DNA of 61,974 nt, the filler included, from Circinaria calcarea (lineage: Eukaryota): assembly GCA_051942165.1 (NCBI GenBank). It is 9 parts of 9 records of this genome, joined end to end, with 100 filler letters (N's around TTAATTAATTAA, not from the genome) between each part and the next. Parts side by side here need not be neighbours in the genome. Positions count along the whole stretch, not along the records: positions 34,540 to 41,329 come from JAVECS010001488.1; positions 41,430 to 48,218 come from JAVECS010001489.1; 7 more parts are not named here. The stretch is one strand, 5' to 3'. Shown one piece after another: positions 34,540 to 47,550 of the stretch. Positions within the stretch are counted from its first letter, which is position 1, and every line of letters begins with the position of its first letter. The position numbers were made by a program, and so were the translations under genes. Below the pieces are notes generated by a model. The model was not told the origin of the DNA. It searched no databases and was given only the letters and a program-made list of their open reading frames with translations.

Positions 34540-35925
34540 TCTACGAAGCTAAACGGGAATATCCTATCCACACCCTCCCCCCGATTCGCCCTAAAGGCCG
34601 GGTAAATGTATACCGGCGCTGCCCAAACTAAATTCGCCAAGGTCCACAAGTAACCTACCACCCTCGCCCCCAACTTTGGCTCCCCCTTATCACTACCTCT
34701 TTGCACACCACCGTACCAACGGTAAACTGCCTGCACGCTATCTTCCACCATGATGCCTAGCGCCTGCGTGATCCAAAAGCGAATCGCGCCCCCCTCGTGC
34801 CACGAGACGCCTTGGGCCATGTCCATGAGCTGGTGCACCAGACCGGAAATGAGGAATACGAGGAGGAGGTGGGTATAGCGTGCGAGAAGGGAGTGTGGCG
34901 GGAGATGCAGGACTTTGTAGACGAGGAGGTGGGCCGGACCCTGGAATCTGAGGCGGAGGTATTGGTGCCAGAATATGCTAGTAGTGGGCAGTTTTATGTT
35001 AGAATTAATGGTTTGAGATGGGAGGTGGGTATACATGATTCTTGAGACTATTGACGGGGAGGGGTTATTTAGAATCAACCTACCCCCAGAATCGCCGTAT
35101 GCTGTATGCTTCACTTAGAGAGCCGAACATCGGTCGCCAGGACTTGACTTCGTCCAGGCCACAAGCGACGCGAGCAATGGCGCAAACGGCCATGAACACC
35201 TGGAGGAAACAATAACAGACCACCCAGAATGTTAGCACTGATGCCGATCTGACTGCGAGCTCCGTGCCGGAGGCATTTTTGATACGCATCAGGAGAGGGA
35301 CATTGGCAGCAGAAAATTTGGTAGGGTTCATTGACTGGTCGGGATTTGAACCGATGAGGAAGTCAATTATCAGGTAGCCGAGCATGGCGATCCCTAACTT
35401 CCGCGAGAGAAATTTAGTGCGAGAGGGAATGTAGGTCGGGTCTTTGGGATCAAAAAGCGGGACATTCTTTACTTCGTAGGGTGTTCCGCAGAGGCGGGAT
35501 GAGAACATGGCAAAGTAACCGAATCGAAGGCGTTCCCAGAATGTTCCGTTATTGTTACGGTTCTTGGTACGGCAATGGTTGTTCGGCTTATGCCCGTGCT
35601 GCTCTGACTGAATCGTAGTGTCGAGACTGTGGGTTTCGAAGCTCCATTGACTCTGGAGAGCCAGCTCGATGTATTGGAGAATATTAAGCATGATACCTAC
35701 GGCGATGTAGCCTGCCTGAATCTTGTTCTGCAATTTTTCGAGATATGTAGGTTGAAGAAGCCAGTAGAATGCCAGCATCGGGGGGAGGACGGCATAACGT
35801 ATGCTCGAGGCCGGTGGTGTAAATCCCACCATGACAATAGTCACGGCATTCTGCAAGATCCAGTGGGTCAGCGGGTGGAGGATCCACGATTCCGCAGAAT
35901 TGTGGACTAAAGTATTCATCGACAT
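34540..35925 (-). CDS. Membrane-bound O-acyltransferase (wax-synthase-like/Tri7-like); extreme C-terminus cut by contig end
   Basis: WRPMFGSLSEAYSIRRFWG|IFWHQYLR, VFLISGLVH and QALGIMVED motifs. Confidence 0.88.
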
Positions 35926-36393
35926 ATTGATATTATATGAAGAGAAATTATATAGAGTTATATACAACTTGGGGATATACCGAGCTCGGGCTGAAATCTA
36001 AAGACGTTCGAACAAAGGCAATCAAGCACTTTTATACATCATGGTGATAGAGAATGAGCGCGAGATACCTAGAATACACTATACCAGTACACACCATCCG
36101 AGAAGCCGTGCAGTGGGTGGTCAGCATGCTTGCTGTCGTTTGGTTCACAAGGAGAGATCGAGGGTGTCGTCTGCAGGCCTCGATCATTTAAAGATAATGT
36201 AACCGATAGGGTTAAGACCGCGGCCCGAAGGGAGTTAATGCTGACTATCACTAATCCTTGCCGATTGTCAAACTCTCCACCGCTCCTATGAAGTCCCCGA
36301 GTCCATGACGTACTCGAGTATCACCGAAATGAAGCGATATGGTGGTCCACCACCTTCGCTTTGGAGCACGACGGCCAATCCTCGGTGTCGGAG

Positions 36394-37540
36394 ATGGTTG
36401 CTCCTCGCAAAGGTTTCTACACCACCGGCTCGAGCGAGTTTGTACCAGATGCGTTCTTTGATTCCTGGGAGAAGGGAACAAAGTCCGCTCCCGACCACAA
36501 CCAGTTCAGAGCATCCGTCATTAGCAACTTCGGTCTGCGAAAGGATGACTCCTACGTCTACCATGCCATAGCCAGTGTAACCCTCGACCAAGTGCAGGCT
36601 GCCGTCCACGCTGGCGGGCAGAATGGCTTGCACGATTGGTACTTGGACGAAGATGGCAAAACGGTACAGAGGACTTTGTGTTCAAATGCAGTCAAATGCC
36701 AATGATAATTTAATGCTCACATACTGACTTCACGAATAGCTCCCCCCTCCATCTCCTGCAGATATCCTCGCTTATACCTCCATCTTCGCATCCACAACAT
36801 CAACTCCTAAAGCACTAACCGCTTACGCATCCAACGCCAAGAAAGCTTCTCTCAGAGCAACCATAGCGGCCTACCTCCTCTCCCACCGGCTCTTTCCTCC
36901 CTCCTTCATCGTCCCCAAACTCAAATCCCGGCATACCAACCCTTACTACGACTACTGGGCCTGGTCCTGCCAGAACCTATCCTGGGCGGGCCCAGATGAA
37001 AATACCATCCGAGTCAAACACAGTCATCACATTCTGCCCATATTAATGCATCATTTTGGTTGCGTCTGCCCTAGTTATGAAGCCCTAGAAATCATCAAGC
37101 AAACTGCACAAACCAGGGCTGTTATTGAAATTGGCAGTGGAAATGGATACTGGACCTACCTCCTCCGCCGCATAGGCCTCTCCGTAATAGCAGTCGACAG
37201 TGGCGAAAGTGAATACAGGACCATGTGGATCCCCGACACCATCTTTACAGACGGCATTGCCTACCTAAAGAAACACACAGGAGCGATTGACGCTGCCTTG
37301 TTACTTGTATACCCCATTGTCGGGGCAGGTTTCACAGCAAAAGTATTAGACGCATATAAAGGGGATACTGTCACAGTAGTTGGAACTCAGAATGCGAACG
37401 GCTATACCGCTTTCAAGGATATGACGATTGTGGAGTATATGAAGAAGAGTAAGGGGGAGTTTGAGAGGGTGGCGCAGTTGCCTTTGCCGTCGTTTGCGGG
37501 CAAGGACGAGGCGCTATTTGTTTTTCGGCGACGGGTTTGA
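36394..37540 (+). CDS. Conserved hypothetical protein with SAM-methyltransferase-like C-terminal domain, 2 exons
   Basis: Exon 1 ..AGGQNGLHDWY; intron from 36664; exon 2 MHHFGCVCPSYEAL, EIGSGNGYW, LLLVYP, QLPLPSFAGKDEALF. Confidence 0.8.
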
Positions 37541-37921
37541 ATTATGAGAGCTGTCTACTCTACTACTTGATGTAGGCGGATATTAATGTGGAAAGGCAAG
37601 TGTTCAAGCTGTTGATAAATGTAATTCCCAATGCGTGCCACTTGGTTAGTGAATACTCATAGATACGATCAACGGCACCGGGTGAAACTAGGCCAAGCAG
37701 AACGGCAGCGAAAAGCTTCAATATTGAACTCAGCAACGAATTATACTGTCCCAGGGTATTCACTTCCACCCATCCTGACCCGAGGCTCTATTACATTATA
37801 CCGAAGACACTCAACGCAGCTGAGTTATTAAGTGCTTTAGCCACTGCTCTGAGAGTTGCAGGGTATCTTACCTCCTCAGCTTCTAGGGTAGAGCCGGGGA
37901 TAGAGCTCCGGCGCCATTATT

Positions 37922-39025
37922 TTATACGACGCCTAAACTAATAGCGTCAGTTCCTATTGCGATATTCGACCACCATTGCGGCCTTGACTCTTTTATCCTA
38001 TTCTGGTCGCAGTCCTCAGTCCTGGGCAGATAGACTTTCCTTCTCACCTCCTCTCTATACCTGAGCAGCTCATCTGGGGGCGGCGGCCGCGGCCGCCCTT
38101 CACCGAAATATCCACCGAGTTTGCGCTCTTCGGAGTGAGTAATCCACATCACAAGACGATTCAGGCCCCGCATCTGCCCCACCAGCGGTAGAAAGCAGAG
38201 TCTCTCGTCTTCGTAAGTTGTGTTTGTGAATCGTACTACCAGATAGAGCTGCCGTAAGCCCGTCATTTGTGCTGCGATCATCTCCCATGCCTGCTTCCAG
38301 GTGGAAAAGTCGTTGTATAGCACGTCAAATCTCGTAGGTTTCCTCGACACGGGGATAGTGAGCTGTAATGAACGAAAATTGGCGAGATGCTGAGGGGGGA
38401 TTGTTCGCCCCAGATAAATCAGATGGGCAAGATTGCTGATACAGAAAGTATTGGTGCTATAAAGAATAGGGGTGCATTCTTGATAAAACTGACGGCAGGT
38501 GCGCATCAGATGGGTACCGACATTTTGGTGATGCACAAGCTCCCTAGTAACATAGAGGGCCCCCATTTCATCATGCCCTAACTCAGTCGTGAGGCCCGAT
38601 TGATGTCCGGCATGTATAAGTCTCTCGATAACAAAACAGCTAAGTTTATCATAATCTAACCAATCACTAGGGAAGCCGTGGTTATGAAGAGTAAGATTTC
38701 GGTTGAATGTCGTTCCATTACTATAATGCTCGCTGATGGATTGGATATCCGACGTCCTACGTCGGGAGAAGGTGTGGAACTCGGAGAGGTGCTGGCCCGT
38801 GGAGTCAAGTTTTAGATGGATATTGTAACAATCGGTAAGAAAATAAGAATATATCTGAAGGCGGATTTCGTATGGAAGCCGGAGGAGTGGAGAGGTTGTC
38901 GCTGTATTGGCAGGCAATGCAACGTCGGAGAGATTGAACTGGCGACGACGCGGTAACGGGCTTGGGTGTTTGGGGGATTTTCTCGTCCACGAGGCACGCA
39001 AGTTATCCCAATGCCTAGAGTACAT
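37922..39025 (-). CDS. Fungal F-box-like hypothetical protein
   Basis: SPLLRLPYEIRLQIYSYFL and LMRTCRQFYQECTPILYSTNTF motifs in a long single ORF; start uncertain. Confidence 0.75.
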   Translation of the reverse strand: MYSRHWDNLRASWTRKSPKHPSPLPRRRQFNLSDVALPANTATTSPLLRLPYEIRLQIYSYFLTDCYNIHLKLDSTGQHLSEFHTFSRRRTSDIQSISEHYSNGTTFNRNLTLHNHGFPSDWLDYDKLSCFVIERLIHAGHQSGLTTELGHDEMGALYVTRELVHHQNVGTHLMRTCRQFYQECTPILYSTNTFCISNLAHLIYLGRTIPPQHLANFRSLQLTIPVSRKPTRFDVLYNDFSTWKQAWEMIAAQMTGLRQLYLVVRFTNTTYEDERLCFLPLVGQMRGLNRLVMWITHSEERKLGGYFGEGRPRPPPPDELLRYREEVRRKVYLPRTEDCDQNRIKESRPQWWSNIAIGTDAISLGVV

Positions 39026-39758
39026 CTTGCACAGTTCTTCAAAGCACAAGGCCAGAATTGTGGGAAGAGCATAGAAAAGAGCCGGGCAAATCAATTCCAC
39101 CACCTTTTTCAATGGCCTTATTTGAATCACTGGACAAGAATGAAATGCAAATCCTCGGCGTTAGTTTCGAAAGGTAATGACTTGTGGGAAGTAAGACGTC
39201 GAAGATGGCGGTAGTCGTTGTAGCCCTTTCAGCAGCCCCGCGAGATGCTTCAATAAGCCTTCTTGCGGCATTCCGACGGAGCATGTAGACGAGGGACTTT
39301 CCGCTACGAAGCTGGTCGCTCAGCCTATCGAATGATTCCTTTCTCTTTTTTCCAGCCGTGAGCTTCCTCCTCTGTCCTTCTGTTATTGCTCCCGATCGAA
39401 ACCAGTCAGTCTTTTCCCCGCTCCATATGGTATGCCGCCCGAGGCAGAACCGAAGCATCTTGGCGGAAAAAGGATAATCCGGTCTTGGCCAGTACCTTCA
39501 ACCTACAAAGTATTAGTGAATGTGGGGTAAACCAGGCAATCGAATAGATCTGCTGTCCGTCAAGCTGGTCGCCGCTTTCACCTGCTGCTCCTCACCAACA
39601 GCGGCTGAGTGGGTGGGGCAGCGGCCCTGGGATCCATGGTGAAGATGATCTCATAGCTCTCCAACCAGCTATACCTCCTTTTCAATTCGCTCTCTCGACT
39701 TGAGTATTGAGAAGGAGGAGTTTGGCATTCAATTCCGTCAAAAAATCCGGGCAGTAAT

Positions 39759-41329
39759 ATGGCAACCGCAGCGGTTCAAGTGCCCTCATCCAACTCGGCC
39801 GTGCCCGGTTCTCACTTTCTTACCGTAGCATCGTACCCTAGATCCGTCACAACCGCCCCTCCGGATGCTGAAGCAGTAGTCACCGACTAGGTCTCTTCGT
39901 TCAACAGCCTTATCGGAAACGGCGACGGGAGTCTCGCCAGCTTATTCCTTGAAGATTGCTATTGGAGAGATTTACTTTGCCTGACATGGGACTTTCATAC
40001 TCTCCACAGCCCAGAGAAGATCGCCTCTTTCATCAGAAACGAAACAAAAGGATGGAGGATCAGATCCCTAAGCGTAGACAGTTCTACTCATGTTGGAAAG
40101 CCGAAAGTCTCTACCGTTGACTTTGAAGGGACTTTGAAGGGCATCCAGTCTTTTCTCACCGTCGAAACCGATGTTGGCAGGGGCCGAGGTCTAGTCAGGC
40201 TGTTACCAGATGCTAAAGACAAAGGAAAATGGAAAGCTTTCACATTGTTCACTACATTGCAGGAGTTAAAGGGGCACGAGGAGCTTAATCAGGAGCGAAG
40301 ACCTACTGGGTTGGAGCGGGATGCAGGATCCAATGGAAAAAACTGGAAAGAAAAAAGGACGGCCGAGGAGAACTTTGAAGGAGACCTTGAACCTGCTGTT
40401 CTCATTATCGGTAAGGTTTGCAGCTTCGGACAGGATCAGTTTCTGACAGTAACTCAACCGAAGGCGCGGGTCAAGGTGGGTTGACGGCGGCTGCAAGACT
40501 GAAACAGCTTGGGATGAAAAGCCTGATCATCGATCGTAACCCTCGCATTGGGGATAATTGGCGAAACCGCTATCACCAGCTAGTCCTTCACGACTCTGTA
40601 TGGTGAGAAGCAATCCTGTTGGATCAGTTCGAAGAACAGCATCAGGCTAATCCGCTTTCAAAGGTACGACCATATGCCTTATTTGAACTTCCCATCGAAT
40701 TGGCCGGTATAGTAAATAGCCGTTGGCTTATTTGTAACCCTGAAGCGAATGAGCTAATACAACCCTAGGTGTTTACACCAAAGGACAAACTCGCTGAATG
40801 GTTTGAGATTTATGCCAAAGCGTTGGAACTTAATGTCTGGACGCAAACAACAGTCAAAGCTTCCAAATAGAATCAAACCAGTCGAACTTGGACTGTGACC
40901 CTCGAGCGTGAGAAGGATACGAATATAGAATCCCGTACGTATGATCCTTTTCTTTCACTTGAGGAAATATGAAAACATATCTACTCACTACTCCTGCTTT
41001 TACATTTAAGGTATTATTTACCCTCGACATATCATCCAAGCCACCGGTATCAGCGGCGAGGCAGACTTCCCCTCTCACATTAACGGTCTTGACGGTTTCA
41101 AAGGCGATCGTCTGGTTCATTCGTCACAATTTTTAGGCCCGCAAGTCGAAGCCAAGGGTAAGAAAGCAGTTATCGTAGGCTGTGCGAACTCTGCCCACGA
41201 TATCGCTAGAGACTACTACGAGCACGGATATGATGTTACGATGGTCCAGCGGAGTAGCACCCACGTTGTCAGAAGTGAAACCCTTATCGATGTGACAATG
41301 AAAGGATTATACTCCGAAGACGGGGTAAG
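39759..41329 (+). pseudogene. Flavin-containing monooxygenase (type II FMO/YUCCA-like) with two in-frame TAG codons; 3'-truncated
   Basis: YWRDLLCLTWDFHT, IIG|AGQGGL..AARL, GDNWRNRYHQLVLHD, ATG.SG, HSSQF and VIVGCANSAHDIA; TAG at 39888-39890 and 40868-40870. Pseudogene status uncertain. Confidence 0.75.
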
Positions 41330-41429
41330 NNNNNNNNNNNNNNNNNNNNNNNNNNNNNNNNNNNNNNNNNNNNTTAATTAATTAANNNNNNNNNNNNNNN
41401 NNNNNNNNNNNNNNNNNNNNNNNNNNNNN
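41330..41429. other. Artificial contig spacer
   Basis: N44-TTAATTAATTAA-N44. Confidence 0.99.
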
Positions 41430-42682
41430 TCGTCGGAGGCACCTCTGGTCAATTGGGCAGAGGGTACATAATCAAGTCCGACTCCCTCCCATTCCCCTTC
41501 CGCTCCCTACGGTTGTGATGCGTCCCGCTCCTCTGTCCAGGCCCGACTCGATAAGCCTCCCAATATTGCAGAGGATGGCTTCTCTACCAACCGGTCTAGT
41601 GGCCGGAGATTGCGTCAACGGAAGCAGTTCACGGCCATGCTGCATGCGAATCGTCCAGAGGCGAATGTCCGTCGGTGGTCTCCCACATTCCGAACGAACA
41701 CAAGGTCAGTTTGCGATCGCCTTGAATTTAAAAAAGGGATTATTGATGGGCTTGGCGAAGGAAGCTTGGGGGGGCAAATTGACTGGCCGCCGGGCTTGAT
41801 GCGCCAAACTGGGGGGGGATTTCCGAAACGATTGGCCAATGCTGAAGGGTAAGCTGAATGATCAACACAGGCAAACTTTCGGCTTTTAGGGTATTGCCAT
41901 GTGGCGAGGATGGCTGTTTCGTTTGGGGGAACGAATGAAGACGGCTTCTGCGCGCATCAACACCTGGGGGTGGATTCATGGGGGGGGAGGTGTGTGTGTG
42001 TCTGTGTGTGTGTGAGAGGGATCCTCATTGTGGCTGGTCGGCAATAGGGCCGAAAGAGCTAAGGGAGGAAGAGGAAACGGTCCAGTGCCCACGAAGATGG
42101 CGCGCAGATCCACGACAGTCGCCAACCCGCCCTTTGTGGTTGCCGTGTACTCTCTACACTGCCTATCGACTATCGAAAAGAGGCACTGTTTTTGAGTTGG
42201 AAGCTGATGCAGGCCTCCTGCAGCTAGGAACTACCAAAACTCCCCCATGCCAATTTCCCTGATGACCTGAACTGTCGGACCAACTCAACACCCTTTTCCT
42301 CCGATCCATCCATCATTGATTTGTACCTTTACCTTGCCCTTACTTTTACCTTCTTTCTCCCTTCTTCGTCCTCTGCTCTCTTAATCACTCCGTTATATTT
42401 TATTGCAGCGCGCGCCCCATTATCGGTGGTGCACCTGACTCGCGCCCACTTCGCTCCTTACTTCTACTCTACCCTTGCCGTTTTCTTCTTCGTTTCTCTA
42501 CCTTCGTTGACCGTGAGAATGCCATTTAATTCACTGCGTTGAACGACTGCGTTTTTCCGGAGGCTCCTGTCATTCGTTTGCCGTCTGCATACTCGGGACC
42601 TTTTCCAAGCGTCAAAAGCCGCCAACCCTCACTCCCTACCCCAGTCGCGTCTCGACTCGGACGGAACCCTCGAATTTGCACA

Positions 42683-43906
42683 ATGTCCAACATTGCCGAG
42701 CAGCCATTCAATGAATTCGAAGAAGTACGTACGCACCCGCATGGCGCTGAGAAAGGTTTCAGCGGGCCTCAACCATGCACCTCACAGCCCATCAAGTGTA
42801 AATAGCTGACGTGCGAACGTCAACAGCGCTACTTTCTAGCAGAAATCCTCAAAACTTCTGCCATCTCTCCACTCGCCCTCCTGAAGCTCATCGTCGATCT
42901 GAACATTGACCCGGGTTGGTATCAGATAGCCCTACCTCACGGTCCGTTTTATTTCTCCAGTTGCACCTTCCTCCCTATCTCGTAGCGGAATCCGACAGAT
43001 GACGAGCCTATTTATCGCAAGCAAGAACGGCTTCTAACGACCCTGAAACTAATGAGCTGCGATGTAGGACGATCTGTCGTAGCTTGCCAACACGCTTTTG
43101 AAGCACTACTCTCACGACTTCCAACTGGCGCGGATCCAAAGCTCAAGAAGAACAAGCGACCCTTATCCATGAGCATGGAAGAGGCGGTCTCGGGCTTTGC
43201 GGGTAACGAGAGATCAATCCAGCCACGTCCCTCGGCCTTCGCTCCCGTCAATCTGCAAGGTCAGCCTGCACCCGCACAAGGAGGCGAGCGACAAGGGAAG
43301 AAGCGCGGAAGACCAAGCAAGTTAGAGCACGAGCAACGAGTTAGAGAAGCCGAAGCTCGTGGCGAAGTGTATCCGCCGCCGAAGAAAATAAGAACGCCGC
43401 GTCCGTCAATGGAAGGAGCGGCGGTCCCGACAGGGGGTGGGTTGCCGGTCGGAGGCACAGCACCTATGGCTGTGATGTTCACTCCCAATAGAACGGGCCC
43501 ACCAGATGCAAGTTCGTCAACTTCAAGTAGGAAGAAAAAGCGCACAGAAAAGGCAGCGGCAGATACTCCTGGGGATGCGATGGAACAATTACAAAGGGAA
43601 GCAGCGCAACCACATGACGAGGCTGGACACTTTCAGAGCGAGGCAGGGCCGCAAGAAGAACGACAGGTGGGAGAAGAGGCAAGCGGGCCTCCACCTAGCA
43701 ATATCCCGGAAACACAAAAGTTAGGCATCGAGGCTCAAGGCAGCCCGGTGGCGGAGACCCCTCAGAATGTAGATCGACCGGAAGTTCGAGATAAACCCAT
43801 GGGAGAAACAGGAATAACGGAAAGTACTGCGACAGTTCAAGCTTCATATCATTCTGGAAATGGCCATTCGATTGCCGGGCCACATTACTCGGGACAGCAA
43901 ATTTAA
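42683..43906 (+). CDS. Conserved hypothetical nuclear protein with AT-hook-like motif, 3 exons
   Basis: MSNIAEQPFNEFEE|RYFLAEILKTS..W..IALPHG|RSVVACQHAF, KKRGRPSK and EARGEVYPPP; introns about 42725-42826 and 42942-43067. Confidence 0.78.
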
Positions 43907-45753
43907 GGGACATGACACGCGTAACGCTCATAATGCTAGGACCTAAGACTTGCATACGAAAGACGAATACGGCTTGGGGAAATTGTAGGTTCGGACGAAG
44001 AGATGGAGACACAGGATTGGTGATGACTTCATGTAATGATGCACATGCAGTATAAGACTTATGTGGTGGCTTATTTGCTGTAACTCTACGCCTTTGTTTT
44101 TAATACCTCTCCAGCCTGGCTCAAACATCATGCAAGTGGTATCCGGTGGCTTCTTAAGATTTTTGCACAATCGCAGTTATGCCTTTTTTCCTTTCATTCT
44201 CTTTCAGTACAACCGTTGGTGATACGTTAAAATAGGTCATCTTACAGGCCTAAAGTCGAATGTTTTGGACGAAAAGCACATTGATAGTTGTGGATGACAA
44301 TACGTGTATAATAGAGCTGACATTTCAGCTAAAGATATGCCAGGTGTCTTATGCTCTTTGCATATCTTGTTCTATATTGATACGCCATAGTGATCGCCCA
44401 CAATTCACGACGCCCGAACGAAACACTTTCAATCCATGATCCCCGAACACTGATATGTAGAGCACCACAGCCTACACTGGTAACAGATCCACCTATCTTA
44501 CCAATGACGTATAGTCTGACAGCAGATATCCACATCGGCACCCCGTCACGACCAAACCTCTCCTCTTCCATCATGACGCGCTTTGATCACGCTTGGTTAC
44601 GCTTGATTCTGCCTCGTCAAGACAAATCATAGTTAAACCTCCGCCCAGCTGAAGAGGCAACCGGGCCATGTGGCGTCATCATTTCCAGTCGCAGAACATA
44701 GGTGGCTAACTATAAAATATTCTTGTTGAATCTGTTCAGTCTCTGTTTTACCTTCACCGGGACATGGAGTCGTTCTTTATTAATACGAATGGATCCGTTG
44801 AGCTGACTAGACCTTTGGTATGTGCTCGGAAGCTATCTGGTAGCTATCATACTTTTGACCCCCGGACATGTCCACCTCGTCTTCATTCTGTTCGGAGCTT
44901 CTAGCCCTTTGGGAGCATCAAGCTCGTCTTCGACAGATGGGTAGTTGGACCCGGGCTTCTGCTTCTCCGGGACGCCGAGTTAGTCTTGGGGGTTCTACTT
45001 CTTCCACACCGTGTAATGTCCCTCTCAATCGCTATAATCGAGGCAGCTGGTGCAACAAGAGAGAACTAGGATCCGTTTGTTCTTAATTCTAACTCAAACT
45101 GTGAAGAAGGTGCAACCGACGGTACAGTTCACCGTGTATAAGACTAAGTAATTGAGGAGTGATGGCTGATGGAGGAAATGCCGAACGGCCAGTTTCTAGG
45201 ATACATATATGCCTATACTCACTAGATGTGTTCTGAACCCCAGGTTTACTAGGTGTCAGTCTTGTTGTTGTTGGAAAGAAGCATGGCTTTTAGCGGAAGG
45301 AAGTGAGCGAAAGCACGCCAAGAGGAGTCTATCCGGGCTGCCTACTTCGGCTATAACTACCTATTCCAGAATTAACCTATCGGAAAAACGTATCTCCTTC
45401 TACTCGTCTCCTAATACTAATATCAAAATAGTCCACTCTGTTGGTAAGAATGGCTCAGCTTGATCAGACGCGTAGAAGGTGCGGGATTAAGGTCAGTGAG
45501 ATCTGATCACCAAAGGTTGTACAGCATAAAGCGACTGCCAACAGGATCGCATATAATTGACCTGATATCATTCGCTACGCGAACGCCTTTAAGAATCCGG
45601 CTGAGGGATCGGACATGGCCAGGCTGACATGAACCGAACCATGAAGGCTCCTAAGTTCATATTTCGGCCCCAGTGCTGTTGGTCCCCTCTGCCCTTTCCT
45701 GTATTTTCCCATCTGCTGTCTCCGATTACGTCTTTCCGTATCTCCATTCAACT

Positions 45754-47330
45754 ATGCCGGCTACCGGGCCTTCCTTGAGTTCTCAGACCCTCTTTTGGAC
45801 CTTCAAAGACGCCAATAAGCTGGTAGCATGGCAAAAGTCACTTAAGGTCACCGGCATTATCAACTTACTCGCTTTAGGCAATGAGCTACGAGCCTACAAC
45901 CTCTACAACACATATCCCGATGAATCATTTCAAGGCAATTCCGAGCCATGCCCGATACCAAATACCTCGGCGTACGAGAATCCGATAGGAAGTTTGATGA
46001 TATTAACGAGCCTCGAATGGGTTGCGTTGGAATGCGATTTGGTCCAAATGTACCTTGGGAAGATACCATACCCCCGGATCACGATGAGCTCCTTCATTCA
46101 AATCCTCGATTCATTAGTGAACGCCTCCTGGCACGCCAGCCCGGTTAATTCAAGTCTGCGACCATTGTAAGCCTTCTAGCAGCTGCATAGATCCAATTCC
46201 AAGTCCGTGACTGGTTTGCGCGCCACACCAATACGGACGAAGAGATGGAAATCCCTCTCCCTAAAGGAGACAAGTGGTCTGATCCACAAATGAAAGTGGC
46301 TCGTACTCAAGCTGACAAGCTTCTCTCCAAGGTAGACGAAAGATTCCCACGTACCGCAATGAAAATATCGCATGGGGAGATGGCTTTCAGATCTACGGCT
46401 CCACTGAAGCCAGGATCACTGCTCTTCGCGGCCAGTCGGTCAATGGCAAGCTTGTACTGAACTCCACCAAGATCGGAACCCTTCTACCCCGAGATGCAGA
46501 TGGCATTCCTGACACTGGCTTCAACAACAATTGGGTGGCTAGCCCTTGAATTGATGCACACCCTCTTTGCTCTCGAACATAATGCTAATTGCAATGAACT
46601 CCACGTAAAGCATGCCGAATGGACATCCGACCAGCTCACTGACACAGCTCGCATTGTCAACCGCGCGCTTATGGCAAAGATCCACAGAGTAGAACGGACA
46701 CCGGCTATCCTCGACCACCCAACCCTCCAACTCGCGATGGACAGCAACTAGTGGGGTATTATGGGCGAAGAACTACATCAACTATTCGGCGCATTGCACC
46801 CGGCGAGATTATCTCAGGTATCCCCAGCTCGGGAGCAGACCAAGACGGCCTCCCTACTCCCTTACCGAAGAGTTCGCCTCTGTCTACCGCATGCATCCTC
46901 TCATCCTAGACAATGTCGCTTTCTTCACTCTCAAAGACGGCGCTCATACCTCTACAGTCCCATTTAAGACCTCGCCTTCACTGATGCTTATAATCCCCTC
47001 ATTAATCCGAAGAGACTGCTCGACTGGGCCCATCCGATCTACTCCTTCAGCATAAAGCTTAACGGCGTAATTACAGTTCACAACACCCCTTTCATTTCTC
47101 CGCAGCCTCCACCTTCCCAACGGTACACATCTGGACACGAGAGTCAAGACATCTTACGTGACCGTGACCGTGGCGTTCCGCGCTACAATGCCTTCCGTCG
47201 CCTTTTTCATGTGCCGCCAATGGAAATGCTCATAGCGCTAACGGGTGGTGATGTAGCCCTTGTAGCGGAGGTGTCCACATTTATGGCGACGATATTAAGA
47301 AAGTCGACCTTTTAACTGAAACAATGTGCG
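45754..47330 (+). pseudogene. Heme peroxidase / alpha-dioxygenase-like (animal-type peroxidase family) pseudogene
   Basis: Fragments PRMGCVGMRFGPNV, NPRFISERLLAR, AA*IQFQ, HTLFALEHN, ALMAKIH..TPAIL, N*WG, EEFASVYRMHPL and RDRGVPRYNAFRR lie in shifting frames with stops. Confidence 0.85.
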
Positions 47331-47550
47331 AGTATGTTGGTATTGAAACGACTGTGCCGAAATAGAGCAGCGAAGAGTGAGTGGCTTAAACCCAAAACGA
47401 TAAAGGTATTCAGTGCTTAAAAACATCAAGGAAAATTGCACTTTATCCCCAAGTCAATTGCAGATCCCACCCTCTTACTTTTAGTAGTTCACCATCTATC
47501 TTCATAGAAGGTGGCTGCTATTAAATTCCTTATCGCAGAGCGTTTCTAAC

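Noticed and set aside
29608..46751. Alternative genetic code (TAG or TGA read as Trp)
   Set aside because: Intact conserved genes here use TGG for Trp and end in TAG, TGA or TAA normally; the internal stops are confined to a few accessory genes.
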